Positions 18,963 to 27,230 of a DNA stretch of 64,000 bases are shown here, one piece after another. Each line of letters starts with the position of its first letter. The stretch's first letter is position 1. The stretch spans positions 1-64,000 of the IMG/VR virus record IMGVR_UViG_3300027810_000002; one strand, 5' to 3'. This DNA comes from a virus. The notes below the pieces were generated by a model. It was given only the letters and a program-made list of their open reading frames with translations, searched no databases and was not told the DNA's origin. Made by a program: the position numbers and the translations under genes.

Positions 18963-19999
18963 TACTTATTTATTTTAAAAGTTATATCTAGTCGATCGAA
19001 TAAGTTTCTTAATTCTTTCTTTTGTCTTGCGATTAAATCGTCTGAATAGGACGCTACTAATTTCTCAACATCTTTGTTTGATTTTACGTATAGTTTTTCA
19101 CGTAATACAGGATCTTGTATCAGCAGCATGCTTGGATCGTATTCGATTTGAATTGCAGCTAGACAATCGCTTGCCATAGTTTCATAAAAACGAAATGTCG
19201 TTACATTATCTAAGTGTTCTGCGTCTCCTAATATTAAACTTGCTTTACTTTTTGAAATAGTATCTAATAAAACAGAGTGTTCCATCTTCTTTGCGAAAGT
19301 TGTTGGAACCTTTTTAGTTTTATAACCAACTAGTAGGCTCTTTTCGCTATGCGGCATATACTTTCGAACTTGTTGTTCTCTAAATGCTGCTCGATTATCT
19401 CCATAGTAAATAGCATCCCATTCTTTTTTAGGAGCATCAAAATCAAATAAGGCATTAGTTTGCTTGTTATCTAACTTGCCTGCCATTCGATGTTTAAACA
19501 TGTAGGTAAACCAATCTAATTTTTCCCAGTTTTTAGGTGTTCTACCTAAGAATTTTGAGATGTCTTTACCAGGGAATAGGTAGGTTGCGTTCTCAATGAT
19601 CTCGGACCACTCAGATTCAAGATCTTGGATTAGATTGAATCTTTTCAATACCTTAACTGGATCTAAGAAATCTATCCGAGGATCATTTACGAGTGTGTAT
19701 ATTTTACCACCATAACCTGCAAGTGCTCGAGCTATTGGTTCTGTATGTTCTCCAACTTGACCTCCGAAGAAATTAGCAGTACTTAATTGAATAAAGACTG
19801 CGTCATAAGATTCCCAATCAGCATCTGTGTAATTTACGTAAAAATCAAAATCTGCTGTATTTCTATTTTTCTTACCGATCAAATCTACCTCATATCCATT
19901 CTCTTCTAAGAGTTGTTTGAAATATGTAGCTTCTAAGCCTCTGTGGTTTTTACTATTATAGGTTAGATTTGAAAATACTGATGTGATTGCTACTTTCAT
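18962..19999 (-). CDS. bgt: DNA beta-glucosyltransferase homologue (T4 BGT-like)
   Basis: Colinear with T4 BGT as recalled: NFFGG, KIY..NDPR, WDAIYYGDNR..FRE, ASLILGD...DNVTTFRFYETMASD (T4: AALIIGD..NDNFITLRVWETMASD); similar length. Confidence 0.82.
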   Translation of the reverse strand: MKVAITSVFSNLTYNSKNHRGLEATYFKQLLEENGYEVDLIGKKNRNTADFDFYVNYTDADWESYDAVFIQLSTANFFGGQVGEHTEPIARALAGYGGKIYTLVNDPRIDFLDPVKVLKRFNLIQDLESEWSEIIENATYLFPGKDISKFLGRTPKNWEKLDWFTYMFKHRMAGKLDNKQTNALFDFDAPKKEWDAIYYGDNRAAFREQQVRKYMPHSEKSLLVGYKTKKVPTTFAKKMEHSVLLDTISKSKASLILGDAEHLDNVTTFRFYETMASDCLAAIQIEYDPSMLLIQDPVLREKLYVKSNKDVEKLVASYSDDLIARQKKELRNLFDRLDITFKINK

Positions 20000-20268
20000 T
20001 ATTTACTTTCGTTTACATAGTTATCAAGTCCTTGAATATATGCAACTGCATCTAATAAATTATCGCGCTTGTGGTTGTAACTTTCTCGAGAGAATTTAAG
20101 AGATACTAAGGCCTTAAACATATCTGCTCCTGTTACTTCATGACCTGTCATTCCTTGAAAGATCATTGCAGCACGATCCATGCCTTCTGAAAAAGGACCA
20201 TAATTACGATCTGCTTCTTCACTTCTGTTGTTTACGATGTCATTCGCTTCTTCTAATATACTTTTCAT
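19999..20268 (-). CDS. DUF6378-like small protein
   Basis: SILEEA..IV..R...YG...M..LK.SR....KRDNLLDAVAY pattern; this family is often found in phage nucleotide-modification clusters. Confidence 0.7.
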   Translation of the reverse strand: MKSILEEANDIVNNRSEEADRNYGPFSEGMDRAAMIFQGMTGHEVTGADMFKALVSLKFSRESYNHKRDNLLDAVAYIQGLDNYVNESK

Positions 20269-20288
20269 TCTTTATTTATTTAGTAACT

Positions 20289-20318
20289 ATTATACGTAAT
20301 ATTTTGTAATTGTTTCTA
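20289..20318 (-). promoter_or_regulatory. TWGAAAC-N17-TATAAT promoter for the DUF6378-bgt-dUTPase-polA operon
   Basis: TAGAAAC-17 nt-TATAAT. Confidence 0.72.
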
Positions 20319-20519
20319 ATTAAGTTTGGTTAGAGGGTTCCATCTTCCGTTTTTAAATTTATGTGGAACTCCATCAATCATCATATAGCCGGATGGTTTA
20401 ATTTCTTTTTCATCTTTAGCAGTTGCTTTTTTAATTAGATCTGCGAATTCTTCAGCTGTTGGCTTTTCTCCTTTAACTGCGTGCATTTTGTACTCCCAAG
20501 GGTGTTTGTGTTTGATCAT
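20316..20519 (-). CDS. Hypothetical protein
   Basis: 67-aa ORF with an A-rich leader. Confidence 0.5.
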   Translation of the reverse strand: MIKHKHPWEYKMHAVKGEKPTAEEFADLIKKATAKDEKEIKPSGYMMIDGVPHKFKNGRWNPLTKLN

Positions 20520-20526
20520 GTTGTTT

Positions 20527-20676
20527 TTATTTATTTTTAGTTATTAAGTTTTCTAATTCAATCGCAAGATCTTCCATACCTTCATTATATGCCCATTGTG
20601 TTTCGTCTTGAGGCTGTGCATATTTGATATTGTCTGCTGCTCGTTCTAATAAGATTTGTAATTCTTCTAATGTCAT
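20527..20676 (-). CDS. Small hypothetical early protein (49 aa, absent from the ORF track)
   Basis: Hand translation MTLEELQILLERAADNIKYAQPQDETQWAYNEGMEDLAIELENLITKNK; lies directly behind the repeated early-promoter cassette. Confidence 0.6.
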   Translation of the reverse strand: MTLEELQILLERAADNIKYAQPQDETQWAYNEGMEDLAIELENLITKNK

Positions 20677-20685
20677 AAGTTATAT

Positions 20686-20745
20686 ATTTGTTATATGTAA
20701 ATATAAACAAAAAAAATGAACCAGAAAAATTCTGACTCATTTATT
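20686..20745 (-). promoter_or_regulatory. Terminator plus early promoter cassette, copy 1
   Basis: Hairpin TGAGTCAGA-ATTTT-TCTGGTTCA, T-run, then TGTTTATATTTACATATAACAAAT; near-identical copies at 21021 and 33322. Confidence 0.7.
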
Positions 20746-20756
20746 TTTAAAATTTA

Positions 20757-21008
20757 TTAATATGTTTGAGTTTCTGACTGAGAATATCTTGAGCAAGTAA
20801 AATAAACTTTCATAACTCTTTCAGCCAATTCAGTCGGTAGCTTTAATCCTTCAATTTGCATTTCATCGTATAAATATCCATCAAATAAACCATACATCAT
20901 ATTTGTTAATTTAGAAGAATGCGATCTAATCTCGCTAATTAGGTCCATAATTTCTCTTCTTGTTTCTGAATCCATTGATTCATGTCTGTTAAATCTTGTG
21001 TAGCTCAT
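20757..21008 (-). CDS. Hypothetical early protein
   Basis: 83-aa ORF flanked by two copies of the cassette. Confidence 0.6.
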   Translation of the reverse strand: MSYTRFNRHESMDSETRREIMDLISEIRSHSSKLTNMMYGLFDGYLYDEMQIEGLKLPTELAERVMKVYFTCSRYSQSETQTY

Positions 21009-21020
21009 TTGTGTTTGTTT

Positions 21021-21081
21021 ATTTGTTATAAGTAAATATAAACAAAAAAAGTGAACCAGGAAAATCCTGACTCACTTATTT
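21021..21081 (-). promoter_or_regulatory. Terminator plus early promoter cassette, copy 2
   Basis: TGAGTCAGG-ATTTT-CCTGGTTCA hairpin, T-run, TGTTTATATTTACTTATAACAAAT. Confidence 0.7.
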
Positions 21082-21111
21082 TAAAGAAGTTATTAACAAT
21101 TTTTCATAATA

Positions 21112-21324
21112 CTAATTGTTTCCATAATACTTATTTAGTGCTGCCAATCTATCGTCGGCGTCTACTAACATTGTTAATGCTTCTTCTGCATTTTTGTAAA
21201 AATCACCAGTAGAGTGATCTCCAATACCTGTTCCTTTATTTCCTAATAGATCTAAAGACAATAGGGCCTTTGCTTTATCAGCCTCTGCTGAGGTTTTAAG
21301 CATTGTAATTAAATGTGCATTCAT
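21112..21324 (-). CDS. Hypothetical protein (GIGDH motif)
   Basis: 70-aa helical ORF with GIGDHS, a small family common in marine phages. Confidence 0.6.
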   Translation of the reverse strand: MNAHLITMLKTSAEADKAKALLSLDLLGNKGTGIGDHSTGDFYKNAEEALTMLVDADDRLAALNKYYGNN

Positions 21325-22253
21325 TGATTTTTGTTTTTAATTGTGTTTACTTGTTCTAATAAAAATTCTTTAAATGAGAGTGTTTCCCAATCTGAAAATA
21401 ACTCTCTTACTTTTGACGAATCAACTGCGTATCTTCTATCATGTCCTAATCGGTCTGCTACAAATTCAAACTTTGGTTTTTTACCTAGCATCTCTCCGAT
21501 CATGTTTATTATTTCAATATTCTCATATCTTTCCCCAGATCCAATATTATAAACTTCACCTTGTTCTTTAGATAACATAAGATTGTATAATATCTGTGTA
21601 TTATCTTCTACGTCAATCCATTCTCTTACCTGGTTACCATCTCCATATACTGGGATTGTTAAATCCTCTGCAATAGATTTCATAATCTTTGGAATGAACT
21701 TCTCTGCATTTTGCTTAGATCCATAATTATTGCATGTTCTTGTAATTAAGTATGGTAATCCAAATGTTCTTCCAGCAGCTTCTACTAAAAGATCACTTGC
21801 AGCTTTAGTTGCTGAGTAATAAGAAGATCCTTTCAATCCGAAAGTTTCGTTAGATTCTGCATCCCAGCATATATCATCCATATCTCCATAAACCTCATCG
21901 GTTGAAATATGAATAAATTTCTTAAGGTCTTTGTTTTGTCTGGCACACTCTAATAAATTAAATGTTCCTTCAACATTAGTTCTAACAAATGGTTTTCCAT
22001 CTTTAATAGAGTTGTCTACATGACTCTCTGCTGCAAAGTGTACGATATAATCATAAGAACCTAAGTCCTCTGCGGTTACATCACAAATATCCATATTAAG
22101 AAAATCAATATTAGGTACATTAACTCTACGAGCATCTGCCGCATACGTTAAGTTATCAACTACCAATACTTCTGCATTTGGGTTTTTTCTTCCGATTGTG
22201 TTTACGAATTCAGATCCAATAAATCCAAATCCACCTGTTACGATTATTCTCAT
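21321..22253 (-). CDS. rmlB: dTDP-glucose 4,6-dehydratase
   Basis: TGGFGFIG, HFAAESHVD, ISTDEVYG, YSATKA, NNYG, DRLGHDRRY. Confidence 0.93.
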   Translation of the reverse strand: MRIIVTGGFGFIGSEFVNTIGRKNPNAEVLVVDNLTYAADARRVNVPNIDFLNMDICDVTAEDLGSYDYIVHFAAESHVDNSIKDGKPFVRTNVEGTFNLLECARQNKDLKKFIHISTDEVYGDMDDICWDAESNETFGLKGSSYYSATKAASDLLVEAAGRTFGLPYLITRTCNNYGSKQNAEKFIPKIMKSIAEDLTIPVYGDGNQVREWIDVEDNTQILYNLMLSKEQGEVYNIGSGERYENIEIINMIGEMLGKKPKFEFVADRLGHDRRYAVDSSKVRELFSDWETLSFKEFLLEQVNTIKNKNQ

Positions 22254-22828
22254 GCGTTGTCTAATAATTCTTTAATTCCGTTTTTATATTGTTCTTCCGA
22301 AAGACTACCTTCAACATATTGCGCGATTTCATCTCTAATGGCTAACATTAAATGTTGAGCTGCTGTAGTATCTACATCTTGTTTTGCTCTATCAATTAAC
22401 TCTGGGTTTTGTTTTACGGTTTGCATTGTAATTAAATCTTTTAGTTTAGTGGTCGACCATCCATGTGATCTTGTTGTATATACAACATCAATTGGTAAAT
22501 TATCACCGGTGAATCTTTTACCGATATAATCATCTCCTAATATTCTAACATCAGGCTTATAAAATTCCATTAACTTTATTAAGTCTTCTTCATTTTGGTA
22601 TGTGACAACCTCATCAATATATTTAATTGACATTAATGTCTTATATCTTTCGTATAACGGAATAACTGGTTTGTATTTTGTAAATCTTGTTTCAGAAGGA
22701 TCTACCTGTAAAAAGACCATAAAGTATTCACAGTGTTCCTTTGCTGTTTCAAAAGTGTAAATATAACCAGGATGTAATAGGTCAAAGTTACCTGCAGTAA
22801 ATCCTATTTTCTTTTTTAAGTTGCTCAT
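22250..22828 (-). CDS. Glycerol-3-phosphate cytidylyltransferase-like (TagD/RfaE2 family)
   Basis: AGNFDLLHPGY (HIGH-like), GDDY, RSHGWSTT. Confidence 0.8.
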   Translation of the reverse strand: MSNLKKKIGFTAGNFDLLHPGYIYTFETAKEHCEYFMVFLQVDPSETRFTKYKPVIPLYERYKTLMSIKYIDEVVTYQNEEDLIKLMEFYKPDVRILGDDYIGKRFTGDNLPIDVVYTTRSHGWSTTKLKDLITMQTVKQNPELIDRAKQDVDTTAAQHLMLAIRDEIAQYVEGSLSEEQYKNGIKELLDNA

Positions 22829-23061
22829 ATCCTATTTCTTTTTAAGTTTAAAGATAGGTATAGCTGTTTTGATATATCTTGGACTTGTGTGTCTTGATAT
22901 TTTTCATTAAGAGCCATTGTTAAAATAAAATGATCTATCATAACTTTCGCTGAATCTAAATGTGCTTCAGTTATACATGATGCTATTACCTTTTCTATCT
23001 TGTTAAGAGACTTTACAGACCATTCTGCATAATTGTCAGGTTTAAATAAAAATTGATTCAT
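22825..23061 (-). CDS. Hypothetical protein
   Basis: 78-aa ORF, first gene behind the promoter at 23094-23123. Confidence 0.55.
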   Translation of the reverse strand: MNQFLFKPDNYAEWSVKSLNKIEKVIASCITEAHLDSAKVMIDHFILTMALNEKYQDTQVQDISKQLYLSLNLKRNRI

Positions 23062-23093
23062 TAATTATCTTTTTAAATGAGGAATGCCCTGTA

Positions 23094-23123
23094 ATTATAC
23101 AGGGCATTCTTAAATAGTTTCAA
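23094..23123 (-). promoter_or_regulatory. TWGAAAC-N17-TATAAT promoter overlapped by a perfect palindrome
   Basis: TTGAAAC-17 nt-TATAAT; 12-bp inverted repeat at 23082-23109. Confidence 0.72.
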
Positions 23124-23156
23124 CACGTGGTTGAATTTTTCCGATGATACGCGGAA

Positions 23157-23720
23157 TTATTTTACTTTTGCTGTTGCTAAATATCCTTGGATTTCAGTGT
23201 ATTGAGATCTGAACTTAGTTTCACCAACAACTGATCCCATTGTGAAAGAAACAAATGTTCCTTCTGGTTTTTTCATAGCTGATTTATATAGAGCAACTGC
23301 TTCTTCTTGTGTTGCAAAAACCCCAAGAATCTTTTTATTAGTTGTAGATCCAAATCTAGCACCGCCTTCTAATCTAACCTCTTGACCGTTAAAGCTTACT
23401 TTATTATTAGCCATTACTAGATATTTAGTTTCTCCTTTTGCTGGAGCTTCTGATGAAAACTGTTCGTATTCACTTGTAGTAAAATAGTAAGAGCTCATTG
23501 ATTCGTTTAACGCTGGGTTGCTTTCATTTAAGAAAGATTCTAATCCTTTAATGTGTTTCATTATTTTCTTTTTCTTTTTATATTCTTCTTCAGCGTCTCC
23601 ACTACCTGCTGGAACATCTCCTGATCCAACTTGCGTTGCTGTTGGTAATAAAGTTGCTCCCATACCTCCAATACTTGCTGGAGTTATATTTTCATCTATA
23701 TCGTTTTTTCTGATATGCAT
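23157..23720 (-). CDS. Putative internal head protein
   Basis: Internal MKHIKGLESFLNE (ATG at 23561) followed by LNE sites. Confidence 0.6.
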   Translation of the reverse strand: MHIRKNDIDENITPASIGGMGATLLPTATQVGSGDVPAGSGDAEEEYKKKKKIMKHIKGLESFLNESNPALNESMSSYYFTTSEYEQFSSEAPAKGETKYLVMANNKVSFNGQEVRLEGGARFGSTTNKKILGVFATQEEAVALYKSAMKKPEGTFVSFTMGSVVGETKFRSQYTEIQGYLATAKVK

Positions 23721-23722
23721 GA

Positions 23723-24151
23723 TTAATATGTTGGAGTTTCTATTATCTTCAACTTAACAAGTTCAGCAATAAATTCTCTGAATTTCATTTTAATAGCTCT
23801 ACTAATAATAGTTTTATCACCTTCTACAAGATCACCGCCGTCAAAGTAATATGACTTGCCATTGTTTGCTGCTGTCTCTATAACGTTACCCAGCATAAAA
23901 TCAGAAGGACATCTTCTCGCTCCTGATAATGTTTTTACAACATCTTTTCCCCATGAAGATAAACCCATTTGTTCAGATACCTGACTATCATATCTAATTG
24001 GATTTCCAGGTAATGCTTGAACAGCGTCGCCTTCTGGTGTTCCATCAACGGCATAATGATATGCAAGAATAGCGTTAGCTAATGCTTCATCTCTGCCAGC
24101 TTTTAATCTTGCTTCGTTAACAAACTGTTCAAATAATTGTAAGTGTTTCAT
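23723..24151 (-). CDS. Putative internal head protein
   Basis: N-terminus MKHLQLFEQFVNEA. Confidence 0.65.
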   Translation of the reverse strand: MKHLQLFEQFVNEARLKAGRDEALANAILAYHYAVDGTPEGDAVQALPGNPIRYDSQVSEQMGLSSWGKDVVKTLSGARRCPSDFMLGNVIETAANNGKSYYFDGGDLVEGDKTIISRAIKMKFREFIAELVKLKIIETPTY

Positions 24152-24170
24152 TTTAGTTTTCTTTTATTGT

Positions 24171-27100
24171 TTACCAGGCGTAATCAAATTTCTTGATTTT
24201 ACCTACTTTATCTTTAATTTCTTTAGCGTAATTCTGAGACTCTTTTTCAGCATAACTAGATGTGTATTTCTCTGCTTTAGCTTGTTCAGCTTGTTTAGTG
24301 TAATCAACGTATCTGCTATAATCATCTAATATCTGAGACATATGATTAGATGCGTCTCTCATTTTAGCTTCTCTACCCTTAGAATTTCTTCCAATAATAA
24401 TATCTCCGTATCTTCCTTTTTCATTTTTAGCTAAACCATCTTTAATTTGAGCGGTTAATGCATCAATTGAATCTGCAACCATTTTATCTAATGGTAATTT
24501 AGAAGCTTTAGTTGCTAATATTTCTTGGTACCTTGCTTTGTTTGCTTTTTTGAAGTCTTGATCGCTTTCGAATGCAACTGCACCGGCTTTTTGATCAACT
24601 CTTCTTTTAACATCTTCTGCTGAAGATTTAGTAGGATTATTTAAACTGAATGCAATTGCTCTATCTGCTAAATCTGCGGCTCTTTTAATTGAAGAAACTC
24701 CAGTTGCATCATAACCTTTATATGCTTTGTTTCCACCAACTGCCATTCTATCATCTCCACCTTTTAAAGTTTTAGTGTTCTTCTTTGCTCTAAATCCAGT
24801 TTTTTCATATTGAACTCCTAAGAAATCTTTTCCTCTTGTTAACGCTAATATTCCTGGAGCAACTTGACCTGTTCCGAATGGATTATGTTTTGCATTATCT
24901 ACTACGTAAAATACAACAGCTTCTCTATTGTTAGCATACGCTTTATAAGCTTCTTTAGGTGTCATGTCGATTAAATCTTCGTCTCCGATTTGATCTAACT
25001 TCATTTTAGTTAATTGATAAAATGCTTTAGGTAATTGAACATCGTTCTTACCCCATCCCATCGCATCTGACATAGTTAATAAGTTTCTTAACTTAGAAGA
25101 TTTAAATGCTTCGTTAATTACTGATTCCTTTACGAAATTCTTAAGATCATCTGGATCTATAGAGTATTCTACTTCATCAGCATCGCTCCAAAGAATAACT
25201 TCATCTTTACCAATTTCGTAAATTTCGAATGATGAGTTTTTTAAGATTTCAGATCCATCAACGTCGTTAGTTTTATCATAAACATCTCCATCAAAATCAT
25301 CGCTATCGCTTTTGGCTTTAATATATTGTCCTTTTTTAAATTTAGCTTCGTTAATTACTGATTCAGCGACGATAGTATCGTAATGTACCTCTTGAACATC
25401 ACCATTATAATCAGCATAAACATCAATAGACCATTCTTTACCATTATCATCTTTACCTAACCAGAATTGATCTTGTCCTTCGTTACCGTGATCATCAATA
25501 ACATCTTCGTAATCAAATTCTACTTTATGTAATTTGCTACCTACTTTAAATTCAACGTAAGGCCATTCTTTCTTAATAACTTTAGCTGATTTAGCTTCAA
25601 TAACTAAAGATTCGGATTCATTTAAAGAGTTTATAAAATCTCCGAATGATTCGTAAATAAATTTTGTTTTCATATTTGTGTTTGTATTTTCATTTAAATC
25701 TAATGACCATCCATATTCTACGTATGATATTGCTTCATCTGGATTTACTTTATGTTTTTTAGCTACTTTTAATACTACATCTCTTGTTATTTGAGAATTT
25801 GGAAGTTTAGCAATTGCTTTATCAAACCCTGAAGGAACCCATATTTCTGGATTCTCATTGGTTGCTTCCTGTAATTTCATTTCTAGAGGCTTTGTATTTG
25901 TAGGCTCTTTTTCGTTTATTGTAATTGAAGCTAGTGCTCTATTACCGAATTTACTTAAAGAAATACCTTCTTCTGATACATTAAAATATCTAGTATTGTT
26001 CTTAGCCCATCTTTTACCATTAGTTGATAATTCTTTTAAAATATCATTGAATTCATCTTGTGTGATTTTACCATCACCAATAGCTTCTAACATTTTATTA
26101 CGTACATTTGCACGTTTACCTACAGTAAGTGCTGGATGATTTTCAGTATATCTTCTTTTAAGAGTTATTTTAGATTCATCTAATCTTTTATTAGTACTGT
26201 CTTTAGATAAAATTACTTTAAAGTTTTTACCTTTTAAATCAGTTGTTGCAACTGACCAACTTCCTGTTGCTGCGTTTCTTACAACTAAAACATCTCCTTC
26301 TTTGCGAATAAAATAAGATCCTCCTGCATATTCTCCAGTTGCTCTAGGATCTACTCCTTCTTTATCTTCAATATCTAAATCAAATGAATGTGGTTCAGTT
26401 CCTGGAGTTACATTAAATTTTAAACCGTCTTTCTTAGAATCTTCTTTAGTCCATTCGTCAGCAACTTGCTGTGCGATTTTCTCAGTTTGTTTTTTATTTA
26501 AAGTTATATCAAGTCTCATAAGCCTAGACTCATTATAACTTGCGATGTCAGAGTAATTAATTTCATGCTCTTCACCGTCTTGATCTAATGCAAAAATAGA
26601 TTTATCATTCCACATTGCATCATTTTCATCATTACCATTATCATAAGCATATATGATATATTCCTCACCATTAGCTAATTGAATAATACCATCATCGGCT
26701 TTCATAGCTTTCATTAACTTCTTCTTGTCGAATTTAGCTTCATTAACTACTGATTCAAATACACTAACTGCGACGTTAGTAGATTTTAAATAGCTTTTTA
26801 ATTCCATTCCCATTGCATCTGCTACCAGTTTCATTTCTGGTTCACTCATGTAAGTTGAAGTTCTAACTTCATAACCATTTTTACCTTTTTTAGCTATTTT
26901 CTTAATAGCTTTAATGCTGTTACCTGTTGCTTCTTCAAATTTCGTTGGAAATTCATACTTAAAGTCTGACATGTTGCCGTCATACGCTTCATTAGCCATT
27001 TCACCGTATAAAGATTCAACCCACTCTACTGAGTCTGCTGTTTTCTTAATCTTAGCACCGAACTGCTTAAAAAAATCTTTAGTAAAAGATTCAATATCCT

Positions 27101-27197
27101 TTGAGTCGTTTGCTAATTGATGAATATCTGACATTGTTCCTTCTAATAGAGAAGCATAGTCTTTTTTATTTTCTGATAAAAATGATTTAAAATTCAT
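24171..27197 (-). CDS. Putative virion-packaged polyprotein (1008 aa) with repeated protease-site linkers
   Basis: N-terminus MNFKSFLSE; internal ESVVNEA, ESLVIEA, ESVINEA x2 and several LNE/INE/LDE sites; late motif at 27232-27239. Confidence 0.65.
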   Translation of the reverse strand: MNFKSFLSENKKDYASLLEGTMSDIHQLANDSKDIESFTKDFFKQFGAKIKKTADSVEWVESLYGEMANEAYDGNMSDFKYEFPTKFEEATGNSIKAIKKIAKKGKNGYEVRTSTYMSEPEMKLVADAMGMELKSYLKSTNVAVSVFESVVNEAKFDKKKLMKAMKADDGIIQLANGEEYIIYAYDNGNDENDAMWNDKSIFALDQDGEEHEINYSDIASYNESRLMRLDITLNKKQTEKIAQQVADEWTKEDSKKDGLKFNVTPGTEPHSFDLDIEDKEGVDPRATGEYAGGSYFIRKEGDVLVVRNAATGSWSVATTDLKGKNFKVILSKDSTNKRLDESKITLKRRYTENHPALTVGKRANVRNKMLEAIGDGKITQDEFNDILKELSTNGKRWAKNNTRYFNVSEEGISLSKFGNRALASITINEKEPTNTKPLEMKLQEATNENPEIWVPSGFDKAIAKLPNSQITRDVVLKVAKKHKVNPDEAISYVEYGWSLDLNENTNTNMKTKFIYESFGDFINSLNESESLVIEAKSAKVIKKEWPYVEFKVGSKLHKVEFDYEDVIDDHGNEGQDQFWLGKDDNGKEWSIDVYADYNGDVQEVHYDTIVAESVINEAKFKKGQYIKAKSDSDDFDGDVYDKTNDVDGSEILKNSSFEIYEIGKDEVILWSDADEVEYSIDPDDLKNFVKESVINEAFKSSKLRNLLTMSDAMGWGKNDVQLPKAFYQLTKMKLDQIGDEDLIDMTPKEAYKAYANNREAVVFYVVDNAKHNPFGTGQVAPGILALTRGKDFLGVQYEKTGFRAKKNTKTLKGGDDRMAVGGNKAYKGYDATGVSSIKRAADLADRAIAFSLNNPTKSSAEDVKRRVDQKAGAVAFESDQDFKKANKARYQEILATKASKLPLDKMVADSIDALTAQIKDGLAKNEKGRYGDIIIGRNSKGREAKMRDASNHMSQILDDYSRYVDYTKQAEQAKAEKYTSSYAEKESQNYAKEIKDKVGKIKKFDYAW
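25108..26760 (-). repeat. Dispersed 20-bp repeat encoding ESV[VI]NEA in the 1008-aa gene
   Basis: gcttcgttaattactgattc identical at 25108-25127 and 25345-25364; variants at 25594-25613 and 26737-26756. Confidence 0.85.
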
Positions 27198-27230
27198 GTT
27201 TAGTATTTTGTTTTATTCTATATTATAAGA

